Assembly: GCA_030264375.1 (NCBI GenBank)
Contig: JASCQW010000119.1
Span: 9,044,965 to 9,108,964 of the forward strand
DNA length: 64,000 nucleotides
Reading direction: 5' to 3'
Source: Carcharhinus longimanus
Taxonomy: Eukaryota
The notes beneath the pieces were generated by a model. The model worked only from the letters and a program-made list of their open reading frames with translations, was not told the DNA's origin and made no database searches. The position numbers and the translations under genes were made by a program. Below, in pieces: positions 1 through 10,959 of this stretch (positions within the stretch are counted from its first letter, which is position 1; every line of letters begins with the position of its first letter).

Positions 1-164
1 CGACCCCTGGGGCACTCCACTAGTCACCAACCGCCAATCCGAATAGCACCCATTGACCCCCACACTCTGCCTCCTATGTGGCAGCTAATCCTCTATCCAT
101 GCTAACACCCTACCCCCAACTCCATGCTTCCTTACCTTCTGCAATAACCTCTTGTGAGGTACCT
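1..164 (-). mobile_element. CR1 LINE reverse transcriptase fragment
   Basis: Minus strand reads VPHKRLLQKVRKHGVGGRVLAWIED*LPHRRQSVGVNGCYSDWRLVTSGVPQGS, the canonical CR1 RT motif. Confidence 0.92.
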
Positions 165-1401
165 CACAAGAAGAAATCTGCATTTCTTGGACGACTGAAA
201 GCAATTGAGCTCGAAATAAATCAAACTGAAATCTATGAACAAGTCAGGAAAATGGTAATCGTTTGATATCTCAACGTTATGAACAGTGGGTGGAATGAGT
301 TATACTGTAGTTACGAATCCTGCGCATATAAACAGTGGTACACAAATCGCCACTGGGAGGACGTATTGGTCTTTTGAGGAAGTTTAGCAAAGGCTTATAG
401 AAAGATGAACCGAAAGGGAAAAAAGAATGAACAGACACCACGTCATTAGAGGTACCATGTCAGAAATTTTGCAACAAAAGTAGTATTTTCAAAATGTGGA
501 AGGTAGCGAATTGAGTTGAAAAGGTGAACCTTTTGCCGTCTATGGGTCGAGGGTACATTGGCGAAAATTAGTATCAGATTTTTCTGGAGTACATTTAAGA
601 ACACTTACACAGAGAAATACATGTTTTATGTGGGCGTAATGAATGGTTGACCGCGAGATTCATTGTGTAATTTCGGTCAGATGACAATATGTGCGTTTAG
701 ATGATAGTCCGTCTGGATCCCAATCATTGACAGAACCAACTGGAGGAATTAATTGACGATTCCTGTTCATATATTCCATTGTTTTCATTTTTGCATATGT
801 TCGCAACAAGTAATTAATACTTTAAGAGGCTTACTGCAGGATACATTTATAAGAAAGAACACACCTTGATCAGTGTGCATGTTGGGGCAAGGCAGCTTCC
901 AACCCTCATTTATGTTTCAATATCAGCGACGTGGTGGGTGTCACGCCACGTCTGGAGAATCAGCAAACCTCGGACAGAAAGTGCTGATTTTGTCCGTTCA
1001 CTGTATGTCTGTAATTTCTTCTTGAATCACCCTTGATTATATCCTGCCAGCAGAATGTTATTGCATATTCAACATCCAAAACAATGCCTTTCCCGCTTTT
1101 TTGGGATATTGTTCCTCGCGTTATCTGTTTCATCCGGAGGGGACAAAAAACTACCCCCCCCCCCCCCCTCGTTTCTGTGCAGAGCAAATGTTTTACGATA
1201 GAAACAAGGAAAACAATGTGACTGGTGCCTTGGGTAAATCACTTTTACTGTTTATTGGCGAAGAATGACGCATGTGGAACAAAAACAATCTGGGACAAGG
1301 ATTCATATTGGTTCGTAAGCTGCCAGACAGATATTTGCAAAATATTTGACAGAGATATTAGCTGAGTAACCTGCTTTGCAGATTGTCCTTGCAAGCTTCA
1401 G

Positions 1402-1766
1402 GCCAGCAAACTGAAGACATTGGAAGCTATCAAGCAACAGTGGTAGCTTTTATTGGTCAGAAAATGAATACGTTTATTTCGAAGTTTCTGCAAAGTAGCG
1501 TCTTCCTTTGTTCTCCTTACGCGGAGATGATATGCAGGGTAATATCCAATCATTTGTCAGTGATCAATGGTCTAAAAGCAAAACAGTGCTTAATGCACGC
1601 ACACGTGATAGTTCATGTTGTCAAGTTTCTGCTGAATATTTCCACTGCTTTCCTGCATATCCACACATCTGGTACACTCTCTCAATGTAAGCTTATTGAA
1701 AAATCTTGCAGCTGCAATCGACTCCACAACAATTTTCGGTCACCTATCACCAATCTGCTGCTTTAA
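1402..1766 (+). pseudogene. Decayed IgSF V(J)-type exon
   Basis: Phase-1 acceptor (cttcag|gc, AG at 1400-1401) in frame with QATVVAFIGQ (A' strand). Later KFLLNIST...TSGTLSQC (E/F strands) and a J-like tail NNFRSPITNLLL. The middle is in another frame (KTVLNARTR). A decayed leader-like stretch lies at ~1216-1260. Confidence 0.45.
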
Positions 1767-2094
1767 CATGTATTATCCCCCAACACAAATTATGAAAATG
1801 TTTTTTTTTGTTTTCGGGTGTGGATATTTATTCACCCACAACGAGAAAACGAATATTCCCACCATCATGGAAGTATTTCGTACAAATCACTGGTACTATC
1901 ACGTCCCCCAACTAAAATAGTATACACACACATGCAAGGAGCCGGACACGTACTTAAAAACACATAACTACATGGAAACATGTAATGCACACATACTAAC
2001 GGGTGCGCTCATGTCATTGCACACACACACACACATTCACACTTCAACACCTCACGGCTTTGGTGAGTATTGAATTTACTTGGAATCACTTTCT

Positions 2095-2200
2095 GTCTGC
2101 ACTTCCGGTTCGCGGGGTTTCTGTGTGTATTTTACTTCCGTACCGGAAGTTAGTCGATGGGGATTGTCGGGAAGCGGGAGCGGTGGGGGGGGGGGGAGGG
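2095..2200. promoter_or_regulatory. CpG-rich cluster of ETS/GABPA-type CCGGAAGT motifs, promoter-like
   Basis: ACTTCCGG at 2101-2108, inverted pair ACTTCCG-tac-CGGAAGT at 2134-2150, a further CGGGAAGC and G-rich tract, directly next to an N gap. Confidence 0.45.
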
Positions 2201-2310
2201 TAAATAAAAANNNNNNNNNNNNNNNNNNNNNNNNNNNNNNNNNNNNNNNNNNNNNNNNNNNNNNNNNNNNNNNNNNNNNNNNNNNNNNNNNNNNNNNNNN
2301 NNNNNNNNNN

Positions 2311-2505
2311 CCCACACCCCAAAGATGTGCTCTTAGGCTGATTGGTGTACCAAATTGACACTATTCTCCCCTGAATCTGGCTACATTCGGGGTTCCACTC
2401 ACATACACACAGGGCGGGGTAGGTGTGGGAAGATGCGGCGGCTCGGGCTCATTGGGCCGAAGGGCCTGTTTCCTGTGCTGGGATGTTCTTTGTTGTTCTT
2501 TGTAA
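2311..2505 (+). mobile_element. HE1/V-SINE-type SINE, 3' part (5' end in gap)
   Basis: V-domain core cccacaccccaaagatgtgctcttaggctgattgg plus CR1-derived tail gggccgaagggcctgtttcctgtgctg; same family as 42735-43074. Confidence 0.85.
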
Positions 2506-2574
2506 TACACAACCAAGCAGCAACAACAAAACCAATTCTACATCCCCAGCATGGGAACTCTTCCTTCCCATTCA

Positions 2575-2865
2575 CAGGTGCACACATATATTCTCCAACA
2601 TAGAGACAACACATACATAACCACCCTACCAGACAAACAGTTCCAACACACGCACAAGACATATAAACCTACAAATCCCCACACACAGATGTCCGGGACA
2701 AACATGAATCACACGCAAACACCCAGATATACTCGAACATAAACACACACAACCCGAGACACCAATGCACACATTCACACAGCTGGAAACACACACATGC
2801 CAGCACACATACACAGACATATGCATACACACACACACACACACACACATACATACACAGCTCAA
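2575..2865. repeat. (CA)n-rich low-complexity region
   Basis: Degenerate acac/acat repeats with a pure (CA)n run near 2827-2849. Confidence 0.9.
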
Positions 2866-3199
2866 ATCACAAAATTCCCTTCATACATGGTCACGCCAAA
2901 AAAAAGGCTTAAAACATGTCATGCACAAGCACTCACACAATTCCAAAGGCAAGGGCAACGAAAAAGAGGCCAAAGACAAGGATATGTGGACCATTTACAA
3001 ACATATGAACACAAGCACGTTTACCCACATATATGTCAGTTCAACTTTTGCTGGCCTCGTCAGTTGAGAAATTGTGATGACGATGTGTTGCATCGTATTT
3101 GTTGACATTCCTATGGATTCAACCAGGTTGGGCAAAAAAGGGCGGCAAAACATTGAAACATGGAAATAATTAGACTTCATTCCAAGAGAGTGAGCATCT

Positions 3200-3425
3200 T
3201 GCCTTTAAAATATATCGATGGTGCCACACTGTGTCTGCATAAAAATCCTGGAACTCCAACCTTAACAGCACTGTTTGCCCAACTATTATGTGGAGATGCC
3301 GGCGTTGGACTGAGGTAAACACAGTAAGATGTCTCACAACACCAGGTTAAAGTTCCTAACTATACCACAGGCACTGCCGGGGTTGAAGAAGGCAGTTCAC
3401 AACAACTACCGCAAGAACAATGTTC
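3200..3425 (+). mobile_element. Deu/SacSINE-LINE 3' fragment interrupted by a Penelope terminal fragment (3289-3352)
   Basis: aaaatcctggaactcc...aacagcactg ... gttgaagaaggcagttcac matches the tail at 29900-29990; the insert tgtggagatgccggcgttggactgaggtaaacacagtaag...accaggttaaag is a shark Penelope end. Confidence 0.7.
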
Positions 3426-3944
3426 AGGGGCTTTTTTGGCGAGGGCGGGACAAAAAAAAAACAAAATTGAACGCATGTAACATACAACAACTAGAATAAA
3501 AAAAACCTCTCCAAACTCACACTGATCACATACATAACTTGACCGATTGCAAATGCTGTTAATCTTGGACTGTGAAAATGCAGCAAGATGTGAAGAAATA
3601 GCTATATGCAGAAGTGTTGCATTTTTTTTTTAACGGCAAGACAACGCAAAGGAATGGGCACGGTTGAAAGATCAGCCAAACATTCTGCAAAGGATGGAGG
3701 AAAACACTGTTTAATTGGAACAAAACGTGTGCTTCATTTGCTTTTGCAGTTTTTTTGTCTTGCGATTAATGTTCAGCATGCAAATTCCAGTACTTGAAGT
3801 GGCCCAGACCTGAACTGAAACATTGCTGAGCAGACTTTACATCAGTTTCATGTTGAAATGACAATCAGGCACTGACAAGAAACTTCAGATATGACATAAC
3901 AAAAAGCAACAATAGCCTCACGATCCAGAATTTCACCGAGGCAG

Positions 3945-4265
3945 ATTGTGGAGCTAACATCTGCAAAGTCAACAGTTTTATCAGCCAGATGCAGCTTATT
4001 GACTTTACAGATTGCTTTCTACTTGGTCAAGCAGCTTTGTTCTCTCGTTCAGAATTTTGTCTGCACTCGGTCACTCTTTCGCCACTGTTTAACATATTTC
4101 ACGCTCTTCCCTACCCTTCCCATTGGAACGTTTAGTCCAAATTTTGGCTGATCACCAATAATACTACTCTGCGTCTTCATCGTGCTCGTTTCCCAAGTGG
4201 GTTGCAATGCATTCTATTGTGTTTCAACATTTTCGCTGCTAGTCACATGACATAAGCAAAACACA
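3945..4265 (-). pseudogene. Decayed IgSF V exon (antigen-receptor-like)
   Basis: Minus strand: TIEC...YYW then QPKFG (tattggt[g]atcagcca = YWYQP with a 1-nt insertion), ERTKLLD (D strand), KVNKLHLADKTVDF (E/F). Stops and frameshifts; no RSS seen. Confidence 0.5.
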
Positions 4266-4954
4266 AGAGCTTTAATTTTACTATTGCTTCAACCAGACCA
4301 TTGCAGAAAACACATACAATATTATGATAATGAGTTCCACAATAGATTCACAATATAGTTTGACGTTACTTTTGTATTCCTGATTTAGAGAGAGGGTTTG
4401 ACATTATTGTTTGTAATTAAATTTTGTGTAACTGCTAATGACGAAACAATTCAATAACAGTTTGTATACAGGTCCATCATAAAACCTGAGATTCTATACT
4501 TCATGTAAAATAGGCGGCAGAATTACATTTGGTGTAGTACACCACTACAGCTAATCAAGTTTGCAAACCAGTTTAATGATATCTAGAAATCGATAGTAAG
4601 TATTGGACTTACCAAAAACGCGTGCATCCAGAGACAAATACAGAACCGAACAAGCAGGAGCGCTTGTTGGTTTATTTGATCCGATCGAAAAAAAAAACAG
4701 TATCCCAATCGCAACTTCCCCGCTATCCATTCATTGTGGTTGCTCTAATGCATAATTGAAATCACACACCGTTTTGGGCTGACTCGTCAAAAAAGAAGCA
4801 TCATGGAGCAGTCAGTAAAGAAATGTACAATGTGTCAACTTGAACTTAGCAATACACTAGTGTTAAAGTTTTTTTTAATGTGTTCTGTTATCAGAAAGAT
4901 AAGGCATGGTCAATAAAATATTGACTGGCATTATGAGTGTTATATGCAAAAAAA

Positions 4955-5690
4955 AACCATAAGAATATAGTGATCAAAAGGACAGAAGTGTGCCATTATG
5001 GTCATCGTATCGGTATTGTTCAATAGAGTTCAAACTACAATGATCCTATTTTCCAGCGCTTCGACCATAGCCCTGGCGGTTACAGCAGCACCACTCAATA
5101 TCTATATACTAATTTAATGTTATCAGAAGACCCGACTGAGACTTACTTTCTATCAGTGAGTCCCAGGGACCCACAACCACCTTGATGTAACTAGTTATTC
5201 TTGAATCCTTTCTTAGCCCTCTATCTCTTGTCTAAACTACATTACCTCGGATTACGGAATAATCTTCTCATATTAAAAGTGCAATCAAACCTTTCCCACG
5301 GTGATCCTTCACAATCTCATACACTGCTATCAGGTCAGATCACAAACATTGCTTTTCACCTATAGATAGCTCCAACTTATGCATTTTTTCCTCATATCAC
5401 ATGCATTTAACCTCATTCAAATTCATGGGGTCAAAAGATAATTTCCCTTATGGCACTACTAAGTGTTGAACAGGATGGCACGCAGTACTCCTGTTGTTGT
5501 TTAACCAACGTATTTGTGTGCAGTCCCAGAATTATCTCCCTGATATTTTATTGTGTGCCATGCACTCATAAGGGTCAACCCAATATTGTCTTCTTAGCCA
5601 CCGTATCTAACTGTCGTGCCAGAGTTTTGTGTTAATTGGGCGTGGATTGCAAGATCACCCTGTTTTCCAGGGTTCTTTATTTCAAAATGA
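4955..5690 (-). mobile_element. CR1 LINE 3' fragment, highly decayed
   Basis: Reverse-complement CR1 3' end pattern (cataag...ccatt...; aactg/cgcagtactcc; ttcttagccacc). Confidence 0.65.
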
Positions 5691-5982
5691 AACTATTTGC
5701 CTTTTTTCCCACAGCATCCCCCCCCCCCCCCCCATTTCGTGCCTTGACATTTATCTCGTTTGAGTATTAAAAATGAATTATACACAGAAGAGAGTGTCAG
5801 CAATTGAAGTAATTTGCAATCTAATCGACACAGAAAAAAATGTATTAATTCCTTGGGTTTGAATATGAAAAATGCGTCAATTTCGTTCAATTCCCACTCT
5901 TTAGAATCACGTCGAGAATAACTTCGCACCTATCGGGTATGCACATCATATTCCATGGCATGTAAAGCATATCCCATCAGGA

Positions 5983-6105
5983 CTCACCAATGAAGGAGCA
6001 GCACTCCGAAAGTTCATAATTCAAAATGAACCTGTTTGACGTTAATCTGATGTTGTGAGACATTTTAATGTGTCTACTCAAGTACAACCCCAGCATGTCC
6101 CCTTC
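5983..6105 (+). mobile_element. Penelope-like terminal fragment
   Basis: tgaaggagcagcactccgaaag...aacctgtttgacgttaatctgatgttgtgagac is the reverse-complement counterpart of the pieces at 3289 and 38640. Confidence 0.7.
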
Positions 6106-6139
6106 ATATGTCATTTCAACTCTGGCCCTTGTATGCTCA

Positions 6140-6812
6140 ACCATAAACCATAAAACTTATGCGTCGAATTAGACCTCTCAGCCCTTTGAGGCTGATCCGC
6201 CATCTGATCATGGCTGATATTTATTCTCATGCTCATTCACATGCCTTTTCCCATAACACCCAATCCACTTATTGATCAGGAGCGTAACTATATCTGGCTT
6301 AATGACGCTCAATGAAGTGGCCTTCGCAGCATTCTGCGGCAAAGAGTGCCACAGATTCAGCATTCTCTGGATGAATGGATTTTTCATCAGCACTACTTTA
6401 AGTAATTGTCCCTTGAGCATCAGTATCCAGTTTTTCATACTAGTGGAAACATCCTGTCCATGCTCTCTCTACTCAGGCCTCGCAATGTCCTGTAAGTTTC
6501 AATGAAATCCCCACTGATCCTTCTAAACTTCACCGAGTACAGGCCGCAGGTCCTTAACTGTTCCTCTTATAACAATGTCTTCATTCCAGGGACCATTCAT
6601 GCGAAACCCCCCCGGACCCTTCCCAAGTCCAGCACACCCTTCTTTAGATGTGGGGCCCAAAACTGCTCAGAATACTCGATATGGGGTCTGAGGAGTGACT
6701 TACACAGACTCAGTAGTACACCCCTGCTATTACATTCTAGCCCTCCCAACATGAGTGCTAACACTGCATTTGCCTTCCTAACCGCCGACCGAAAATGTAC
6801 GTTAACCTTAAG
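6140..6812 (-). mobile_element. CR1 LINE 3' end
   Basis: ORF 6208-6438 contains FIQRMLNLWHSLPQ (CR1 C-terminal FxQRVVxLWNSLP); ggggcccaaaactgctcagaatactc encodes EYxxQFWAP on the minus strand. Confidence 0.88.
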
Positions 6813-8279
6813 CAGTAAGGTTAAGTGTTTATATGTGGAGATTCTTACTTTTCAACAATATATCATATATTTCATTCATTTATAGTGGTTTGCAAAATCT
6901 GACATTTCCCTGTTAAAGTTCAACTGGTTGCATTCAAATTCATCACAACTGAAGCTACATGCAAATTACGTATTTATGTGTTTGATTGTCTTACTCATAT
7001 TATGTACTGGCTGCTTCTGGGTCTATTGGGCTCTTTCTTCAGCCCCATTCTCTGCCTCAGATTTTATATGTCTCTTTACTTAACCAGGTTATTTTTTTAA
7101 AAAATGTTGGGTTTCTGTCTATCTTGGGTGCTCGATTAGTTTTTTTTTGTACTCAACTAGCGAGACACCTTGCCATAAAATACAACAGCTCACCTTGAGA
7201 TGATGCTAGAAGCCAAATGATCAAAATTATGAAAAGCAAAAGGAGGACAGTGAGAAAAGGAAATGCAAAACAAGATTTTCTCAGCATCGTGGTTGGGGGA
7301 TGGTGAGGGGCAGAGGAAACAAACCCATATCTTTAAATTATATTCCCACATGCATGATATACTGCACTGACCAACTTTGCATTCGTTTCCCCCTTTTTCA
7401 TTATCCTTAACAGTTTAGTCGAGAAAAAAAAATGTGTAGTGTGTATTGAGCAGGATGTTCAAAATAAAATTTCATTATGGACTTTAAAAAAATGACAAGA
7501 CTGAGCAAAGTAATCAATAAGGACTTTTTTTTTTGCGTGCGCAAGAACATTTGTAATATTTCCACGCCTTGTATGGTCATTATTATTTGTATTCATTTAT
7601 GTATAAAATGGATTGGTTACGGCCCTCTTGTAACAAGTAGAGAAACACAATCATATCACCAGATCTTGCAGCAATTCAAATAAAAGTTTACATTTTTTTA
7701 AGCATTTGCAGCATCTAACTACTTCGGTTCAACTCTACGAAAACAAAAAAAGGAGTAAATCCGAAATTGAAAGTTGATGCCGGGTAAAATCAATAAAATG
7801 TTATCCAAATCAACAAAATTTTATATAATGCATAGTCTATTTTTTTTTCCTCACCCACTTTCATCCATGGAACTCAGAATCTGAAACGATAATTCACATT
7901 TTGTCGTAATCTTTATACTTTTCCTACTCCATGTCCTGAAAATGGACATAAATGAAGAGTGGTATTGAGGTCATAAAATCCTCAAATGTGAATAATTATA
8001 CTGTGTAATGTAAAAATAATCTAATATGAAATACGTTAAATATTTTAAAGTTTCATTCAAACAACAACAATTACTTTTACTCGTTGAACTGAAGCATTGT
8101 GACTAAGAATCTATTTTATTTTATAAACAGAGGAAATCCTTAATATACTCAAGAGAATAACTGTATGCACGGTCTGTAGTTGATATCTTCTAGCAGAAAG
8201 TGCTCTTTTGTGCATAATTTTACATTGGTTCGTTTTTTTTTTCTTTTTCAAAGACGGTTTGGTCTATATGAAACAAGAA

Positions 8280-9450
8280 AGTAAAAAACAAGAACAGTGC
8301 AGTACAGGAACATGATTTTGGTCAACCAAGCCTGTGCAGATACATGATCCATTCCGAAACTACAGGCCTTTTGAATCTATGTGATCGTACAACATTCTTT
8401 TCCGCATTGATAACGTGGTGATTTATTACATTTGCTTCCAAATAGCTTCGATTTCTTTTTCATTTTGGCAGTTTCCAAACCTGAACATCATTTTGTTCAA
8501 GGAAGAAAAGAGTGTCCACTCGAGCTTAGCCTTAAGTATATTAAATTATCAGTCACCCACAGCATTCTGGAAAAAAAATAAAAATATTCAGAACGTTTGA
8601 GTGAATAAACTTCTTGAAAGTTGTTTGGCATCTCGTTGTATGACTTTTCACGACGTTTGGTTCCAGAAGCCGAGAGAAAAAAAAATCTGTTTCGACACGA
8701 TTACTTCAGTTCAGGCTAACATATCGAAAACAAATCGTCTCTTATTCTTCTGTACAGTATGGAGTGTATAAAATACTCATCTTCTGATCTCAGAAGTAAT
8801 CGAATAAACGTTCACTTCACAGGCGTAAAGTTATATACATATATGTTATTCGTTTGACAGGGAGAACGCAAAAACAAAGTTCCAGATGTGACCTCCACAA
8901 ATCCTAGTGTGGCAGGTCTCATAAGTGTGTAAAATAAAATTCATGTAATGTAAAAGACAACGTGCTATTTGCCCTCTTCATTGACTGCTTTTCCTGCAAA
9001 CAAAACTTGTGTGTTCCTTGCCCGATTACGCTAACATCCCTTTGAACATCAACGTTCATAAGCTTCCTGCCAGTGCTTTAAATACACTGCATTTTCAATT
9101 TATACAATTGAAATGAGTAACTCCACACTCCCGATATTATATCCCAATTGCCAATTGCCCAACATTCCTTTCAAGTGTTTTTTTTTTCTCTCTCTCGACT
9201 ATTTTTAAGCAAACTGCACACTTTGTTTCGCCAATCAGAGGTATACCAGCAGGTAAATGTGGTGCATGACTTTCAGTCTGTCCATCTGTTCTGTTTTGAT
9301 CAGTAGAAAACGGTTGAATCCTCAGCAAAGATCGTTGCTGACCAGCACTATTGCATGTCGTCTGCCTTATCCGCATAAACCCAAACAATTCCCGTTACTA
9401 GCCCAGCTGACCTACATATTTCTGCACCCTAATGAATAATTTAGCATGGA
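8280..9450 (-). mobile_element. Old CR1 fragments
   Basis: Tail aagaacagtgcagtacaggaaca...aagcctgtgc and degenerate RT C-terminal sequence. Confidence 0.5.
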
Positions 9451-9479
9451 CAATCTATAAAAGCTACACATCTTGGGGA

Positions 9480-9670
9480 GGTGGGATGAAAATGGATCAC
9501 CTTCATCAAATCTACGGAGACACATGGAGAACGTTTTGTCTCCAGACAAGTAGGCACCAAGGCAGAAATCGAGCTCGGATACATTGGGCCAAAGGAGACA
9601 TGGCCTATTATCACCTCAGACAGCAGGAACTCATAATTTGCTCATATATGTTTCGTTAGACAATTTACTA
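9480..9670 (+). pseudogene. Decayed butyrophilin/B7-type IgV exon, 3' half
   Basis: HQIYGD...LQTSRHQGR-IEL-DTL-AKGDMA-ITSD-AGTH-IC across frameshifts, compared with the BTN consensus VHxYxxG...QxxxYxGRTELxxDxLxxGxxAL...SDxGxYxC. Confidence 0.55.
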
Positions 9671-10229
9671 ATTCATTTTGCCATTGCAAGTTTACTCGGT
9701 CTCCTTGTGCCTCTTTATATATCGCATCTTTTGCACGTTCAGTACATCAAATATATTTGTAAGTCATGTTGTGACTTTGAAAAAATATTTTGGGATTATT
9801 TGTTGAATGCAAGGTTTTTTTTAAATATATACTTTAAAAAACACCTTATATAGACGTATAATTTTAGCCATGACAGATATCAGATGAACTGCCGTGTTTT
9901 TTTTTGTATTTTCTCATTCTTTTTTCTATACCCTTGTTGCAGAGTGGAATGCACACACGAAAAAAAAATGCAGCCTCAAAATTCTTCAATTATTAAGACT
10001 TGAATCTGCAAATGTCTATAATCCAGGGTTGACATATCTCGTAGGAAATACCATGATCCATTCCCCTCTGCTCCAGAGCTCCCACACACTATATACATAT
10101 GAAAGTCAAATTATTTCATATTTCTTTGTCAGTGCTTTAATTTAATTGCCTTGGACAGAGTCGGTGTAACTACAACACTGCCTGTTCATGGATATCCTAA
10201 TCAGTGCTGAAGGGGATTAACTCGATGGG

Positions 10230-10550
10230 GGAAAATACATGTTCAGTGGTGTTCTTGAAATTGACTTGTTCATTCAAAGCTTTCTTCTGTCCAGGGAAAG
10301 CTTCACTCGAAGGCAGAGTTCAGTTGGAAGTGGGAAATGGTCGACAATATTAAATTCAGTACATCTTAGAAACTCCAGGAAGGTTAAACTAAGCTCGACC
10401 TACGATACTTAAGAAACGTTTACAAAACATTTGCAGACTAAAAGTGAATCTAATGCAGAGAACAGCGCCCATAAGCCTGGACAATTGGTGCCACATACAA
10501 ATACATGGTCGATATGTTGAGAATATATTTGGATATTCACTGATTAATTG
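10230..10550 (+). pseudogene. Decayed B7-like IgV exon
   Basis: LKLTCSF (B-strand Cys), EFSW (C-strand Trp, shifted frame), TAPISLDN...HGRY (E/F). Confidence 0.4.
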
Positions 10551-10959
10551 TCGTTCGGGATTGGAATTGCACGCGGTTATCGAAAAGAAATATATGTCCC
10601 AGTAAGGAACTAAAATTATATCGCAGAAGGAAGTTGCCTGATGTTATGGCATTATTCAGCCCATTTTTCCGAAGTCCTCTGAGATCCAGTAGAATAAATT
10701 AAGTGTTCTCCAGATTCAGACTGTGAAACAGCTGTCTCCGTAGGCTGGACCTTCATCTTCTGTGCATGTTACAGACTTAGCTTTGTCCCAAGCCTGTGCC
10801 CAACAATATTCGTAGCAGTGGAGCAGCCCCCAAAATAAACTTAACTCATCCACACCTGCGTTAGAATTTGCGGTTTTGAGCATATATTCTCATTTCAACA
10901 GTAGCATTAATTTATATGTTAACTTTAAGTTTAATATATCATCATATCCGGATATGCAG

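Noticed and set aside
2076-2361. ORFs spanning N runs (also 18272-18589, 33821-34076, 42834-43362, 53792-54028)
   Set aside because: Open only because of assembly gaps.
2551-3105. ORFs rich in HT/CV dipeptides
   Set aside because: Translation artefacts of (CA)n repeats.
6976-7090. Hydrophobic leader/TM-like translations (MYWLLLGLLGSFF)
   Set aside because: T-rich sequence gives such peptides by chance; no supported exon boundaries.
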